A stretch of 63,686 nt of DNA, counting the filler. It is 8 parts of 8 records of this genome, joined end to end, with 100 filler letters (N's around TTAATTAATTAA, not from the genome) between each part and the next. Parts side by side here need not be neighbours in the genome. Positions count along the whole stretch, not along the records: positions 1 to 7,089 come from SRR31156797_12213; positions 7,190 to 16,015 come from SRR31156797_12214; 6 more parts are not named here. One strand, given 5' to 3'. The notes below the pieces were generated by a model. It had not been told where the DNA came from. It saw only the letters and a list, made by a program, of their open reading frames with translations, and did not search any database. Below are positions 1 through 10,457 of this stretch, piece after piece; within the stretch, counting starts at the first letter, position 1; each line of letters begins with the position of its first letter. Both the position numbers and the translations under genes were made by a program.

Positions 1-498
1 GATGCCCTGGTTGTCGGTGACCACGGCCACCCGAATGTCCCGGTCACTGTACCGTTTCAGGATATCTTCGGCCTGGTCGATGTTGCCGGGATAGAAATGA
101 ATGCCGTTGGCCCTCCTGAACATGGAAGAGTAGTGCTGGCAGGCAAGCCCCACGGTAGGGGTGTAGATGATGCTCAAAAACCGCGGGATATCGCTTGCAA
201 TCACGGCATGGGCCAGGGTGACGTTCCTGTCGAACAGGCTGCGGATGTAGATGAAGCGCTCGAGATCACTCGCCTTGTTGTCGATCACCTTGAGGGATGT
301 GGCCACCTGGGCTTCGAGATCCTTTACCCGGGGAGGAAGGTATCCCGAAAGGTGAAGCTTTTTCCTCTCCGCTTCGGTAAAGGCCGTGCCCTTGCAGATG
401 TTATTGTACCGCAGCACATCGGATCCGCAGGTTTTGATTCGAACTGCCGTGGTCTCACCGTACTCGCCAAACTCAAAGGTGTAATTGTTCTCTTCCAT
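1..498 (-). CDS. maeA: NAD-dependent malic enzyme, N-terminal part (truncated by window start)
   Basis: Manual translation from ATG at 498 (GGAG upstream): KGTAFTEAER...LPPRV, IIYTPTVGLACQHYS, IRVAVVTD, which are malic enzyme motifs; not in the ORF track because it is open-ended. Confidence 0.85.
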   Translation of the reverse strand, partial: MEENNYTFEFGEYGETTAVRIKTCGSDVLRYNNICKGTAFTEAERKKLHLSGYLPPRVKDLEAQVATSLKVIDNKASDLERFIYIRSLFDRNVTLAHAVIASDIPRFLSIIYTPTVGLACQHYSSMFRRANGIHFYPGNIDQAEDILKRYSDRDIRVAVVTDNQGI

Positions 499-613
499 AA
501 ATCTCCACATGCCTTTTCTTTAAATGTTTGCTCAGATAGATCGTTTCGGACTTGAAAAAGGATAACACACCCTTTGGCGCCCGCACAAAGCTAAACAGTG
601 TTCAGCCAAACAA

Positions 614-1252
614 CTACAATTCAACAATCCTGTTCCGAATGGCGAACCTGGAGAGCTCGGCATTGTTTCGCAGGTTGAGCTTCTTGAGAATCCTCGACCG
701 GTAGGTATCCACGGTCTTGACGCTGATGTTGTAACTGTCGGCGATTTCATGGTTTGTCCGGCCAAGGGCAAGCTGTCGAAGGACCTGGAGCTCCCGCATG
801 GAAAGGGAGTCCACAAGGGAACAGAACCGGTCCCCCCTCACGACCCGCAGGGCCAGGGCCTCGCTCGCCTTTTCCGTGAGGTAGCGGCCGCCGGAATGGA
901 GCTTCCGGATGGCATCCACCAGCTGCTCCGGGGCGGACTGCTTTGTCACATAGCCCATGGCCCCGGTTTCAACGGCCTTGACCACATACTGCTCCTCGTC
1001 GTGCATGGTGAGGAGGAGCACGGGCAGATCCGGAGCATGCTCCTGGATTCTGGCCGTCACTTCAAGGCCGTCCACCCCGGGCATGGAGATATCGATCACC
1101 GCCACATGGACAGTGGTATCCAGGGCCCTATCAATGGCCTGGTTCCCGTCCTCGGCCTCGGCCACCACCACCATCTCTCCGCTCTCTTCAATGATACGCC
1201 TCAACCCTTCCCTCACAATCTTGTGGTCATCGGCAAGCAACACCCTGATCAT
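614..1252 (-). CDS. NarL/FixJ-family response regulator (REC + LuxR HTH)
   Basis: LADDH, DISMPGVDG, LSMRELQVL...ISVKTVDTYRSRILKKL. Confidence 0.95.
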   Translation of the reverse strand: MIRVLLADDHKIVREGLRRIIEESGEMVVVAEAEDGNQAIDRALDTTVHVAVIDISMPGVDGLEVTARIQEHAPDLPVLLLTMHDEEQYVVKAVETGAMGYVTKQSAPEQLVDAIRKLHSGGRYLTEKASEALALRVVRGDRFCSLVDSLSMRELQVLRQLALGRTNHEIADSYNISVKTVDTYRSRILKKLNLRNNAELSRFAIRNRIVEL

Positions 1253-1306
1253 GGTTTATAACTCCTCGCATATGAACTGAGCACGTTTTTTATCAAGCGT
1301 AGACAT

Positions 1307-3427
1307 CTATACCTCCCCCGCGCGAACCCTGCAGCACACCAGGGTTCCCCGGCCTTGTTTCGATGAAATATCAAGGGTTCCCCCAGCCAGGGTCGCCCGC
1401 TCCTGCATCCCTGCCAGCCCGAACCCCGAGGCTTCGTTAATGTCGTCAAACGCAAAGCCTGTTCCATTGTCCTTTATTGTCAACACAAGTTCCCCCCCAT
1501 CCATGGCCAGGGCCACCCCCACCACGGAGGCCCGGGAATGGCGCATGGCATTGGTCAGCGCCTCCTGGGCGATCCTGTACAGGGCGGTGGCAAGGGTATC
1601 GTCCATGGGGGGAATGGCGGTGCTCTGGAACAGACAGGTGATCTCGGAGCGCTTTTCAAAATCCCCGGTCAACGACTCCAGGGCCTCCTCGAGTCCCAGG
1701 TCGTCCAGCACCCCTGGCCGGAGCCGGAAGGCCATCTCCCTGACATCCCCGATGGTGGTGTCGATCAGGGCGCAGATCCGGCCGGCCCTTTGGGCGGCAT
1801 CTTCATCCCTTTTGGCCAGGAAGTTCCCGATCCACACGGCATCCATGCGAAGGGCCGTCAGTACCTGCCCCAGATGGTCGTGGAGCTCCCTGGCCAGGGC
1901 CCTGCGCTCGATCTCGTGGGCCGCCATGATCCTTCCGGACAGCCTGCGCAGCTTCTCCTCCGCCTTTTTCAGTTCAACCGTCCGCTTTTCCACCTGGCGC
2001 TCAAGATCCATGGAGTAGGTGGAGAGCTTTTGGGTCGCCTTTTCCAGCTCTTTCTGGACCTGATTCTTTTCCGTGACATCCACGCTCACGGCAAGTGAAC
2101 GCACCACCCGGTCGTTGTCGTCCCTCACCCCGTAGCAGGAAAGCAGGGTATCGATGGTTTCCCTGTTCTTCTTCACATAGGTGTAGGGGACATCCGTACA
2201 CACCCCTGTCCTGAAGAACTCGGGGAGAATGACCCCCTCGGCATAGCGCCGGGACGCCTCCGAGTAAAAACTGGTGAGGGGACGGCCGATCACCTCGTCC
2301 CGGGTATACCCCATTTTTTCAAGCCAGTAGTCGCTCACCCGGATGATGTTCCCGGTGGTGTCGATGGAATGGAGCATCACCGGGGTCTTGTGGTAGATGT
2401 CCCGGTAGCGCGCTTCGCTCCACCGTAACTCCTTTTCCGCGGTCTTCCGCCTCAGGATCTCCTGGAGGGCCATGCTGTAGAGGATGACCACCGAGATACC
2501 GATCAGGATCGAGACAATGATGACCCCGGGTCCCACCACCTCCATGAACGGGTCGGCAAGATGTTTTCCAATCTCCGTAAGGTCCCTTAAATGGATGATC
2601 TGCCACCCGGGATGGCTGTCAAGGGCAAGGGCGGAGAAAAGATAATCGGTCCCCTCCCGGTCCCTGACATGACCGTTCTCCTGGCGCCGGAACCCGGCCC
2701 AGGGCCAGGGGCCGTTACCAAACTGCTTGGACGCCTCAATCGCCTCGACCCTTGCCGAATCAAGCTGCCACAAGAGGTTGAACCGCAGATCCTCACGGTT
2801 GGAGACAAAGACCATTCCATTGGGATCGGTCACCAGGAGCACCTCCTCGGATTCGGTGAACAGCTTGGACTCGGCAAGCTCCACAGAGGATTTTATCACG
2901 GCAACCCCCAGGATGTTTACCCCCTCCTTTTCATACACCGGGTGACTGTAGTAAACGCCCCGCCGGTGGGAGGTGGCGCCAAGGGCAAGGTAGGTCGAGG
3001 AACGGCCCAGCATCGCTTTCTTGAAATAGGGACGAAAGGAAAAATCCTGGCCCACGAAGCTGTCGGCCCGGTTTCGGTTGGAGCTTGCCACGGTAATTCC
3101 GTGGCGGTTCATCAGGTAGCAGGTATCGAGGTCCAGGGAAAGGGCAAAGTTGTCCAGGATGGCGTTAACCTGGATCATGGATTGATGATCGCTCTTTTCA
3201 AGCACCATCCGCAGCTCCTTCAGCCCTGCCAGGGCCCTGACCGGCCGGATGTGCTCGGACAGGAAAAGGTTGAGCTGCCGCCGGAGAAGCTCGCTCCGGT
3301 TCCGGGCATAGTTTTCCGCGTCATGGAAGGCGCTCTGCTTCAGGGAGTAATAGTAAAGCCACCCCCCTGTGGAGGCCGAGAGAAAGGCAAGAAGGGCAAG
3401 AACCAGAATGATCAGTCTCAGTCTCAT
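1307..3427 (-). CDS. Sensor histidine kinase: DctB-like Cache domain, PAS, HisKA_3, HATPase
   Basis: Two TM segments flanking DFSFRPYF and GVYYSHPV; ERRALARELHDHLGQ; QEALTNAMRHS; DNGTGF; GLAGMQER. Confidence 0.9.
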   Translation of the reverse strand: MRLRLIILVLALLAFLSASTGGWLYYYSLKQSAFHDAENYARNRSELLRRQLNLFLSEHIRPVRALAGLKELRMVLEKSDHQSMIQVNAILDNFALSLDLDTCYLMNRHGITVASSNRNRADSFVGQDFSFRPYFKKAMLGRSSTYLALGATSHRRGVYYSHPVYEKEGVNILGVAVIKSSVELAESKLFTESEEVLLVTDPNGMVFVSNREDLRFNLLWQLDSARVEAIEASKQFGNGPWPWAGFRRQENGHVRDREGTDYLFSALALDSHPGWQIIHLRDLTEIGKHLADPFMEVVGPGVIIVSILIGISVVILYSMALQEILRRKTAEKELRWSEARYRDIYHKTPVMLHSIDTTGNIIRVSDYWLEKMGYTRDEVIGRPLTSFYSEASRRYAEGVILPEFFRTGVCTDVPYTYVKKNRETIDTLLSCYGVRDDNDRVVRSLAVSVDVTEKNQVQKELEKATQKLSTYSMDLERQVEKRTVELKKAEEKLRRLSGRIMAAHEIERRALARELHDHLGQVLTALRMDAVWIGNFLAKRDEDAAQRAGRICALIDTTIGDVREMAFRLRPGVLDDLGLEEALESLTGDFEKRSEITCLFQSTAIPPMDDTLATALYRIAQEALTNAMRHSRASVVGVALAMDGGELVLTIKDNGTGFAFDDINEASGFGLAGMQERATLAGGTLDISSKQGRGTLVCCRVRAGEV

Positions 3428-3523
3428 CCCTTTTATCTATTGCCATGCCCCTGTTTTGTCAATGAATTACGATCGTTTTTCTATTTTTGGACACAACCGG
3501 CCTGGGGCCATGATTCCTATATA

Positions 3524-3916
3524 TTAATCAAACAGGTCAAGATCCGGAATTTTGACAAGTTTTTTGTCATGGCTTACACACACAAGCTGAATATTCGCTG
3601 TAACAGCTGCTTTTTTGCCATCTTTTCTCCAGGCTTCCTGTCTCCAGACGACCCGGTAATCCCCATCCTTTTTAAATGAGGTTCTGATATCCAGCAGATC
3701 GCCGAACTCCGCCCCCTCGTTGTAATGGACATCGAGTTTATAAACGGCAAACCCGATTTTTTCATCCTTCCACATGGCGGCCAGTTTTTCGCTTCCGATC
3801 ACCTCTTCCCTGGCCCGTTCAAAATATTTCAAATAATTTGCATGGTAAACAACACCGGAATGGTCCGTATCTTCATAATAGACCCGCACCGGGAAATGAT
3901 AAATCTTTGACTCCAT
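3524..3916 (-). CDS. ybgC: YbgC/FadM-family acyl-CoA thioesterase
   Basis: RVYYEDTDHSGVVYHANYLKYFERAR. Confidence 0.85.
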   Translation of the reverse strand: MESKIYHFPVRVYYEDTDHSGVVYHANYLKYFERAREEVIGSEKLAAMWKDEKIGFAVYKLDVHYNEGAEFGDLLDIRTSFKKDGDYRVVWRQEAWRKDGKKAAVTANIQLVCVSHDKKLVKIPDLDLFD

Positions 3917-4047
3917 AACACCCTCTGTATCTGATAAAAGATTAAATCTCTAAAACGATATCCTATCGAACCACTCTACATATCATGGAATTGGGCTTTT
4001 TGAAATATACCGGGACTGAGGCAAGATGGCTCCGGAGCCTTTTCTTG

Positions 4048-4078
4048 TTGACCTGTCTATAACCTGATAGTTTAGTTT
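4048..4078 (+). promoter_or_regulatory. MerR-type promoter with 19-bp spacer and internal dyad
   Basis: TTGACC-19 bp-TAGTTT; imperfect dyad CTGTC-N8-GATAG overlapping the spacer; directly upstream of a merR-family gene. Confidence 0.6.
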
Positions 4079-4126
4079 AGGCTCATTTTAGTTACACGGG
4101 TTAGAACCCAATGAGGAGAGAATCCA

Positions 4127-4660
4127 ATGTATACCGTCGGAAAACTATCCAGGGAATTCGGATTGTCCAGGACGACCCTGCTCTATTATGAAGAGATTGG
4201 TCTTCTGGTCCCGTCAGAAAGATCGCCATCCAATTACAGGCTCTATTCGGATGATGATCGCAAAAGGCTGATGAAAATCTGCAGGTTCAGGCAAACCGGC
4301 CTGTCTCTGAGCGAAATCAAGGACATTCTGGAGTCATCCGACTCAACGCTGACCGCAATGCTTGAAACGAGGTTGGACAACCTGAACAAAGAAATTAACA
4401 GCTTGAGAAACCAGCAAAATGTAATTATCTCCATCCTGAAAAACAGGAAACTACTGAAGAAGACGCGGTACATGAACAGGGAAAGCTGGACGAAACTTCT
4501 CGAAACAGCTGGACTGGACGAACGGGCGAGACATAAATGGCATCTGGAGTTTGAGAAAATGTCTGCCGAGGCTCACCGTGATTTTCTCGAGCAGCTTGGT
4601 TTTTCCGATGCTGAAATTTCAAACATTAAAAAATGGGTGTTCGAATACGATGAAAAATAA
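4127..4660 (+). CDS. MerR-family transcriptional regulator
   Basis: YTVGKLSREFGLSRTTLLYYEEIGLL..RSPSNYRLY. Confidence 0.92.
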   Translation: MYTVGKLSREFGLSRTTLLYYEEIGLLVPSERSPSNYRLYSDDDRKRLMKICRFRQTGLSLSEIKDILESSDSTLTAMLETRLDNLNKEINSLRNQQNVIISILKNRKLLKKTRYMNRESWTKLLETAGLDERARHKWHLEFEKMSAEAHRDFLEQLGFSDAEISNIKKWVFEYDEK

Positions 4661-5885
4661 AAATTTAAATCTGCTTCTTTCGGGTCAACTTGTATCTCAA
4701 ACCGGGGACAAGTTCTACATGCTTGCACTTTCGTTTATGGTCCTTGAAACCACAGGGTCCGCGGCAAAAATGGGCGTGGTTCTCTTTTCCGGAATGCTGC
4801 CCCTGGTGACAATGGGTCTTTTTTCCGGTGTTGTTGTGGACAGGGGAAACAGGAAAAACATTATTGTTACCACGGATATTTTGCGGGGCATCATCGTTTC
4901 ATTTGTGGCAGTCCTGTACCATGAGGAATCCTTGACATTTGGAATGATTCTCTTCTCCCAGGTGCTTCTGGGTATCAATTCGGCTTTTTTCAATCCGGCG
5001 ATTCCATCCGTCATCCCAATGATTGTTCCAAGGGAGGACCTTTCAAAGGCAAATGCAAAAACACAGTTTATCTCCGGGTTTTCCAAAATCGCAGGCCCCG
5101 CACTCGGCGGAATTCTGATCTCTTTGTATGGATATTTTATTGTGTTTGCCCTGAATGCCGTCTCCTATTTTGCATCGGCCTTCCTTGAATGTTTTATGAA
5201 GATTCCGTGTATTCAACTGGATCCCCGTGAAAAATTCAGTACTGCCTTTAAGGAAGGGTACCGGTACATTTTTTCGGATCAAAAACTCCTGATCATCCTT
5301 TTCATGGTGTTCGTCATTCACTTCTTCGTCGGGTCCGTTGAGGTATCCATACCGGTGATTGCTAATCTTCTCCCAGGAAAAGGCGCGGCCAATATGGGGT
5401 ATATCCAGACGGCATTCGGAACAGGTGCCGTGATCATGGCGCTTGTGCTCAGCTACGCAAGTATCCGCAGCGGAAGGGAATCTTTCCTGCTTTTCTCAGC
5501 GGTTTCATTGGCCGGGCTGGTTCTATTCTTTATCAGCCTTCTGGGACTTGCGAAGCCTTATCTCATTTTTTATTCAGGTCTTTTTCTTTTATTCGGTTCA
5601 TCGGTCATTCTTGCAGGCACAAGTTTCCAGTCCCTGATTCAAAAAAATACTGAAACCGGAATGGCAGGCAGGGTGTTTGGAGTGGTCAGTTCCGTGGGGA
5701 ACTTTTCCATCCCCTTTGCCATGCTGGTGTACGGATTTTTCCTGGAGTATTTCAATTGCTATCTCCTGCTTGGCATCTCCGGATTGCTGATCATTCTGAT
5801 AGCGCTTGTATCCTCTTCGCTGTACAGGAAAAGAGAGGGGATCAGGGGACAGATTAAAAAACCTGTCCCCCGGGCTAAAATTTAA
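4650..5885 (+). CDS. MFS efflux transporter (DHA3-like)
   Basis: About 12 hydrophobic segments, GVVVDRGNRK motif; likely ATG at 4650 overlapping the merR end. Confidence 0.88.
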   Translation: MKNKNLNLLLSGQLVSQTGDKFYMLALSFMVLETTGSAAKMGVVLFSGMLPLVTMGLFSGVVVDRGNRKNIIVTTDILRGIIVSFVAVLYHEESLTFGMILFSQVLLGINSAFFNPAIPSVIPMIVPREDLSKANAKTQFISGFSKIAGPALGGILISLYGYFIVFALNAVSYFASAFLECFMKIPCIQLDPREKFSTAFKEGYRYIFSDQKLLIILFMVFVIHFFVGSVEVSIPVIANLLPGKGAANMGYIQTAFGTGAVIMALVLSYASIRSGRESFLLFSAVSLAGLVLFFISLLGLAKPYLIFYSGLFLLFGSSVILAGTSFQSLIQKNTETGMAGRVFGVVSSVGNFSIPFAMLVYGFFLEYFNCYLLLGISGLLIILIALVSSSLYRKREGIRGQIKKPVPRAKI

Positions 5886-5909
5886 ACTTTATCCCCATTA
5901 TTCCGTGGC

Positions 5910-7089
5910 TTATGCGCCGACAATCTGGCGCAGGACATACTGGAGTATGCCGCCGTTCCTGTAATAGCCAAGCTCCACATCGGTATCGAGCCGTGAGATC
6001 ACGTCAAACACCACCTCGGTGCCGTCCTCCCTGACCGCCCGGACATGAAGCTCGCCCTTGGGAGCCATCTTGTCGAGATCCCGGATCTCGAACTGCTCGG
6101 CCCCGTCAAGGCCCAGGGCTTCAAAGGAACCCTCCTTGAGCACCAGGGGAAGCACGCCCATGCCCACGAGATTGCTCCTGTGGATCCGCTCAAAGGATTC
6201 GCAGATCACCGCCTTGACGCCCAGCAGCGTGGTTCCCTTGGCAGCCCAGTCCCTGGAGGATCCGGTGCCGTACTCCCTGCCGCCCAGCACCACCAGGGGC
6301 ACACGCCTGTCCTGGTAGGCCATGGCCGCGTCATACACGAACGCCCGCTCCTTTTCCGGAAACAGGAGGGTAAAACTTCCCTGGTCGTCCACCAGACGGT
6401 TCTGGATGCGAATGTTGCCAAAGGTACCCCGCATCATCACCTCGTGGTTTCCTCTTCTGGAGCCATAGGAGTTGAACGCTTCGGGCTTTACACCGTTCTC
6501 TATAAGGTAGCGCCCACCGGGATAGGTTTCGGGAATGGCACCGGCGGGAGAGATGTGGTCCGTGGTCACGGAATTTCCCAGGACCAGGAGGGCCCTTGCG
6601 TCCGTGAGATCGCCCAGCTGGGGCAACGCCCGGGTAAACCCGTCAAAGAACGGCGGTTTCCGGATGTAGAGGGAATCGGGATCCCAGGGAAAGGTCTTGC
6701 TCTCTTCCACGGAAAGCTCCTGCCACAATTGATCTCCGTCAAAGACATTGGCGTACTGGGTCTCGAAGAACGCTTCCTTCACATGGTTGGCAACCAGGGC
6801 CTCGATCTCTTCGGTGCCGGGCCAGATGTCGGCCATGAACACGGGCTTCCCTTCCGGGGTATGGCCCAGGGGCTCTGATTCAAGGTCGATGTCCAGGGTG
6901 CCGGCAAGGGCGTAGACCACCACCAGCATGGGCGACATCAGGTAGTTGGAACGGATGCTCTGATGAATCCTGGCCTCGAAGTTCCGGTTGCCGGACAGCA
7001 CGGATGCGACATTGAGATCCTTCTCGCGGATCGCCGTTTCAACCTCGGGCGCCAGGGGACCGGAGTTTCCGATGCAGGTCATGCAGCCG
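5910..7089 (-). CDS. acnA: Aconitate hydratase A, C-terminal part (truncated at contig end)
   Basis: TCIGNSG, SGNRNFEARIH, TTDHISPAG, GSSRDWAAKG. Confidence 0.95.
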
Positions 7090-7190
7090 NNNNNNNNNNN
7101 NNNNNNNNNNNNNNNNNNNNNNNNNNNNNNNNNTTAATTAATTAANNNNNNNNNNNNNNNNNNNNNNNNNNNNNNNNNNNNNNNNNNNNA

Positions 7191-7320
7191 ACTTTTTAGG
7201 ATCAGCTTCTTTAATCGCTCCAATTAAGTCAGCAACAACACCTGATACAGACTTCAAAGATTTATCATTTCCTCCATCAGCCTTACCCTCAGATGGTGGA
7301 ATTAAGATAATAATTTTCAT
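7191..7320 (-). CDS. YaaA-like peroxide stress protein, N-terminal fragment
   Basis: MKIIILIPPSEGK N-terminus; truncated by contig edge. Confidence 0.6.
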
Positions 7321-7515
7321 GAAAAATCCTCGGTGCTTAATTTATTAAAAACTTTGGCATTCATCTATAGAACAATAAGCTAATCAATCAAATACAATTA
7401 ATTCTCTGTTAACCAGAGAATAAAAAACCAAATATTTCAGATGTTACACATGCAACTTTGAGCATAGTATTCAAGAGTTAAGCCAAAGCTCGCCCTTCCA
7501 AGATTCAACATTTAT

Positions 7516-7549
7516 AAAAAAGAGGCCAACACATGGTGTTGACCTCTTT
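7516..7549 (-). terminator. Hairpin terminator after the permease gene
   Basis: AAAGAGGccAACAC..GTGTTgaCCTCTTT with a T-run on the minus strand. Confidence 0.6.
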
Positions 7550-7574
7550 GTATTTATTCTTCGGAATAAGGTGG

Positions 7575-8576
7575 TTATTGGGCGGGGACGCCATCCTTCC
7601 ATTCGTTCCAATGTGCAATGACTTCATTCACAAAACGAGAACCAACGACATAGGCATTCCTGATACCGGTGGAAAAACCGCCGGGGTAGTTGCCTGGTGC
7701 AGGATCGAGGTGTTCCAGCGTGGTCTCGTTGGGATTGCCCTGATCAAAATTCACTGCCGTACGCAGGCTCAACACTCGATCGCCATGCCCGAACTTCGTG
7801 ATAACGTAGCCCACAGCGACACCTTCCATTTCCGTTATTACGTAAGTACCTGCTCCATTGACATCACAGACATACTGGGCTTCCTTGGACAAGGTGGGAC
7901 CATGAAAAAACGTATCGCTTGCAACGTGTGTTCCCACACCAACAAAAGGCGAACGCTGTGCCATTTTGTCAGGATAATTTTTACGGTAATTCTTGGAAGT
8001 GTCGGAATCCTGGAGGGGGGTATCCTTGGTCAGTTCAAAAGCGCGTTGGACAAGTTTCTGATTGAGTTTGATCGTCCGCACGGACTCATACCCTTTGCGA
8101 ACAGAAAACAACGGCTGGCCTTCGGCAACCTCACCGGCTCCCCAGCGATGTCCCAAATCGTAATCGACCAGATAATCTGCCCAGAATACGGCAGCCACCG
8201 TACCAGCGCGCGGGGGTGTACCGGCACAACCCGTAATGATGAAATATGTGTCGGAAAAATCGAATCGGGGATCAACGAGAATGGCAGTCATGCTTGAAGA
8301 ACTACGCACTTTGCCCATTCCCAGAACGCTCCCGGCCACACCGTCTTTGTTGACCCATACGGGGTGCTCGGCACCGACAACCTTGTATTCCTTGGCGTCT
8401 TTGAGATACCCTTCGTACCAATGCTGGAACTCTCCGGCCTTATCCCCAGCCATCTTTCCAATTTCGAACTGAGCTCCCACAAACACTTTGACCTTCACCG
8501 GCTCGGCAGCCATGGACGCGCTCACCATGCTCACGAGCAGCACTGCAGCAATTCCCCATACTTTCAGCTGTTTCAT
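7575..8576 (-). CDS. Purine nucleoside permease (NUP family), exported
   Basis: Signal peptide; FEIG...GEFQHW, DPRFDFSDTYFIITGCAG, LRTAVNFDQ. Confidence 0.8.
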   Translation of the reverse strand: MKQLKVWGIAAVLLVSMVSASMAAEPVKVKVFVGAQFEIGKMAGDKAGEFQHWYEGYLKDAKEYKVVGAEHPVWVNKDGVAGSVLGMGKVRSSSSMTAILVDPRFDFSDTYFIITGCAGTPPRAGTVAAVFWADYLVDYDLGHRWGAGEVAEGQPLFSVRKGYESVRTIKLNQKLVQRAFELTKDTPLQDSDTSKNYRKNYPDKMAQRSPFVGVGTHVASDTFFHGPTLSKEAQYVCDVNGAGTYVITEMEGVAVGYVITKFGHGDRVLSLRTAVNFDQGNPNETTLEHLDPAPGNYPGGFSTGIRNAYVVGSRFVNEVIAHWNEWKDGVPAQ

Positions 8577-8929
8577 TACAATACCTTTGTTAAATTACTT
8601 AAATACCGTGATTTCGATGAGAGCATTTAAGCAAGAAAACAAAGACAGTCAATTATTGCATGGTGCGGAACCACTGCTTTTGGGAGTCAAAAACATATTC
8701 CCCGTTCAACAAACAAAACAAACCCCACAAGGCTCAATCACGACCGGGTGGGAATGGGGCCTCAAGACAAAAGCCGTTGTCACAAACTTTGATGAACACA
8801 AGACTTTCGCTCGTTGGCATTGTACGGAGGATTCAATCCATCGCGTGAGGGAAAAGCCAATTGAGCAATTTTGTCCAAGATTTTCCATTGTAAGCCATTT
8901 ATTGATATTGGAAGAATAGAGGTTGAGAA

Positions 8930-9763
8930 ATGGCAAAAACACAATCAAATCATTTTCATTTTGCAAACGCCAAGAGTGATATCAACATGACGGTCCTCAA
9001 TGCTGTCATGTCAGATTTTTCCTATTCTAAACACGCCCACGAGGAATTGGCTCTCGGGGTCACGACTGGAGGAATTCAGGAATTTTTTTGCAACGGCAGC
9101 GAGTTTAGAAGCTCTCCGGGCAACATTATTCTGTTTAACCCCGGCGATGTGCATAATGGGAATCCCGGAAACGACGACACGTTGAAATATACGATGCTCT
9201 ACCTCGACCCAAAAGACTTTAACCCGCTTTTAGGGAGTGCCACAGCGTTGAATAAAACGGAATTCCGACTTTCGGAAAACCATTTTACTGACAATATTCT
9301 CCAATCCTTGATCCTGAGAACATCTCAGCTCGTTGATGAGGCAGGGCATTCTTCCCTTGAGTACGAACACGCTCTGTACAAAATAGCGCAACGAATAGCC
9401 CAAAGAATGGGCATTTTTAGTCCAGATTCCTGGATAAGCAATAAAGACACGCTGCTATTAAAGGTCACAGAGTACATCCATGACAATATCACGGAAGATA
9501 TTTCAATCAATGATCTTAGTATGGTGGCAAATATTTCAAAATATCATTTCATCCGTTTGTTCCGAAGCCAATTCGGATTGACGCCGCACCAGTACATACT
9601 CAACCACAAGATCAACAGGGTAAAAGAAGCTCTCGGAACAAACGAATCGCTTTCCCACATTGCGCAGGATTTCGGTTTTTTTGATGTGAGCCACTTGAAT
9701 CGCCATTTCAAACGTTCCTATGGGATCACTCCCAAGCAATACCTGCACCAATTGACGAAATAA
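8930..9763 (+). CDS. AraC-family regulator (cupin + HTH)
   Basis: HAHEE, FNPGDVHNG, ISKYHFIRLF, GFFDVSHLNRHFK. Confidence 0.92.
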   Translation: MAKTQSNHFHFANAKSDINMTVLNAVMSDFSYSKHAHEELALGVTTGGIQEFFCNGSEFRSSPGNIILFNPGDVHNGNPGNDDTLKYTMLYLDPKDFNPLLGSATALNKTEFRLSENHFTDNILQSLILRTSQLVDEAGHSSLEYEHALYKIAQRIAQRMGIFSPDSWISNKDTLLLKVTEYIHDNITEDISINDLSMVANISKYHFIRLFRSQFGLTPHQYILNHKINRVKEALGTNESLSHIAQDFGFFDVSHLNRHFKRSYGITPKQYLHQLTK

Positions 9764-9773
9764 GGACAACCAC

Positions 9774-10376
9774 ATGCTCGGAATTATACTCTTCTGCGTG
9801 GGGGTAATGTATACTCCCGGCCCCGTAAACATACTCAGCCTAAAGAACGGAATGCAACAGCGATTCAACGCACACATTCCTTTCTCTCTCGGGGTGGCGA
9901 CAGCTCTGAGCATATGGTTTCTTTTGATCGGCTACACGGGCAGTGCCGTAATCAACGAAAACGCCATGCCGTTCATCGCCACTGCGGGCGTCGGTTTTAT
10001 CCTCTACCTTGCCTGCAAAATCATCTCGTCAAATATCGACATATCGCAAAACAGCAGCAGCGCAACCAACCTCACATTTCGAGACGGGCTTTTGATGCAA
10101 CTCCTGAATCCGAAAGCCTTTGTCGTCGTTCTTCCGGTAACAGCCGTTCAATTTCCGGCAGCAGGAATCGGGGGAAGTGAAATCGCGGTGTGGTCCATGG
10201 GACTCGGCGCTCTCGGTTTCGGTGCACCGTTCGTCTACGCCTTTGCAGGTTCGAGGGTTTCCAAATATTTCGAAAATCCCGTTTACATTAAATGGCTGAA
10301 TTACATCATGGGAGCGATCTTGATCATCGTTGCTTTGGAAATGGCATACGATCACATCTATCTTGTATTCGCGTAG
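9774..10376 (+). CDS. LysE/RhtB-family exporter
   Basis: YTPGPVN, FRDGLLMQLLNPKA, hydrophobic profile. Confidence 0.9.
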   Translation: MLGIILFCVGVMYTPGPVNILSLKNGMQQRFNAHIPFSLGVATALSIWFLLIGYTGSAVINENAMPFIATAGVGFILYLACKIISSNIDISQNSSSATNLTFRDGLLMQLLNPKAFVVVLPVTAVQFPAAGIGGSEIAVWSMGLGALGFGAPFVYAFAGSRVSKYFENPVYIKWLNYIMGAILIIVALEMAYDHIYLVFA

Positions 10377-10457
10377 CGACACATTTCTTAAACGGACCAC
10401 GACGAGACAAAGGGCTGAGTGAGAAATCACTCGCCCTCTTCTTTTACAGATAGCGCA

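Noticed and set aside
7090-7190. N-runs containing TTAATTAATTAA (also 16016-16115, 31735-31834, 38584-38683, 44090-44190, 50412-50511, 56919-57018)
   Set aside because: Artificial all-frame-stop contig linkers; composition and apparent taxonomy change across each, so no cross-linker gene associations were made
7191-7520. AT-rich stretch at the start of contig 2 as a possible insertion boundary
   Set aside because: Too short and at a contig edge; no terminal repeats or att site visible
8577-8929. Purine riboswitch or sigma-54 promoter upstream of the nucleoside permease
   Set aside because: No purine-riboswitch core; the GG/GC candidate has 11-nt rather than 10-nt spacing
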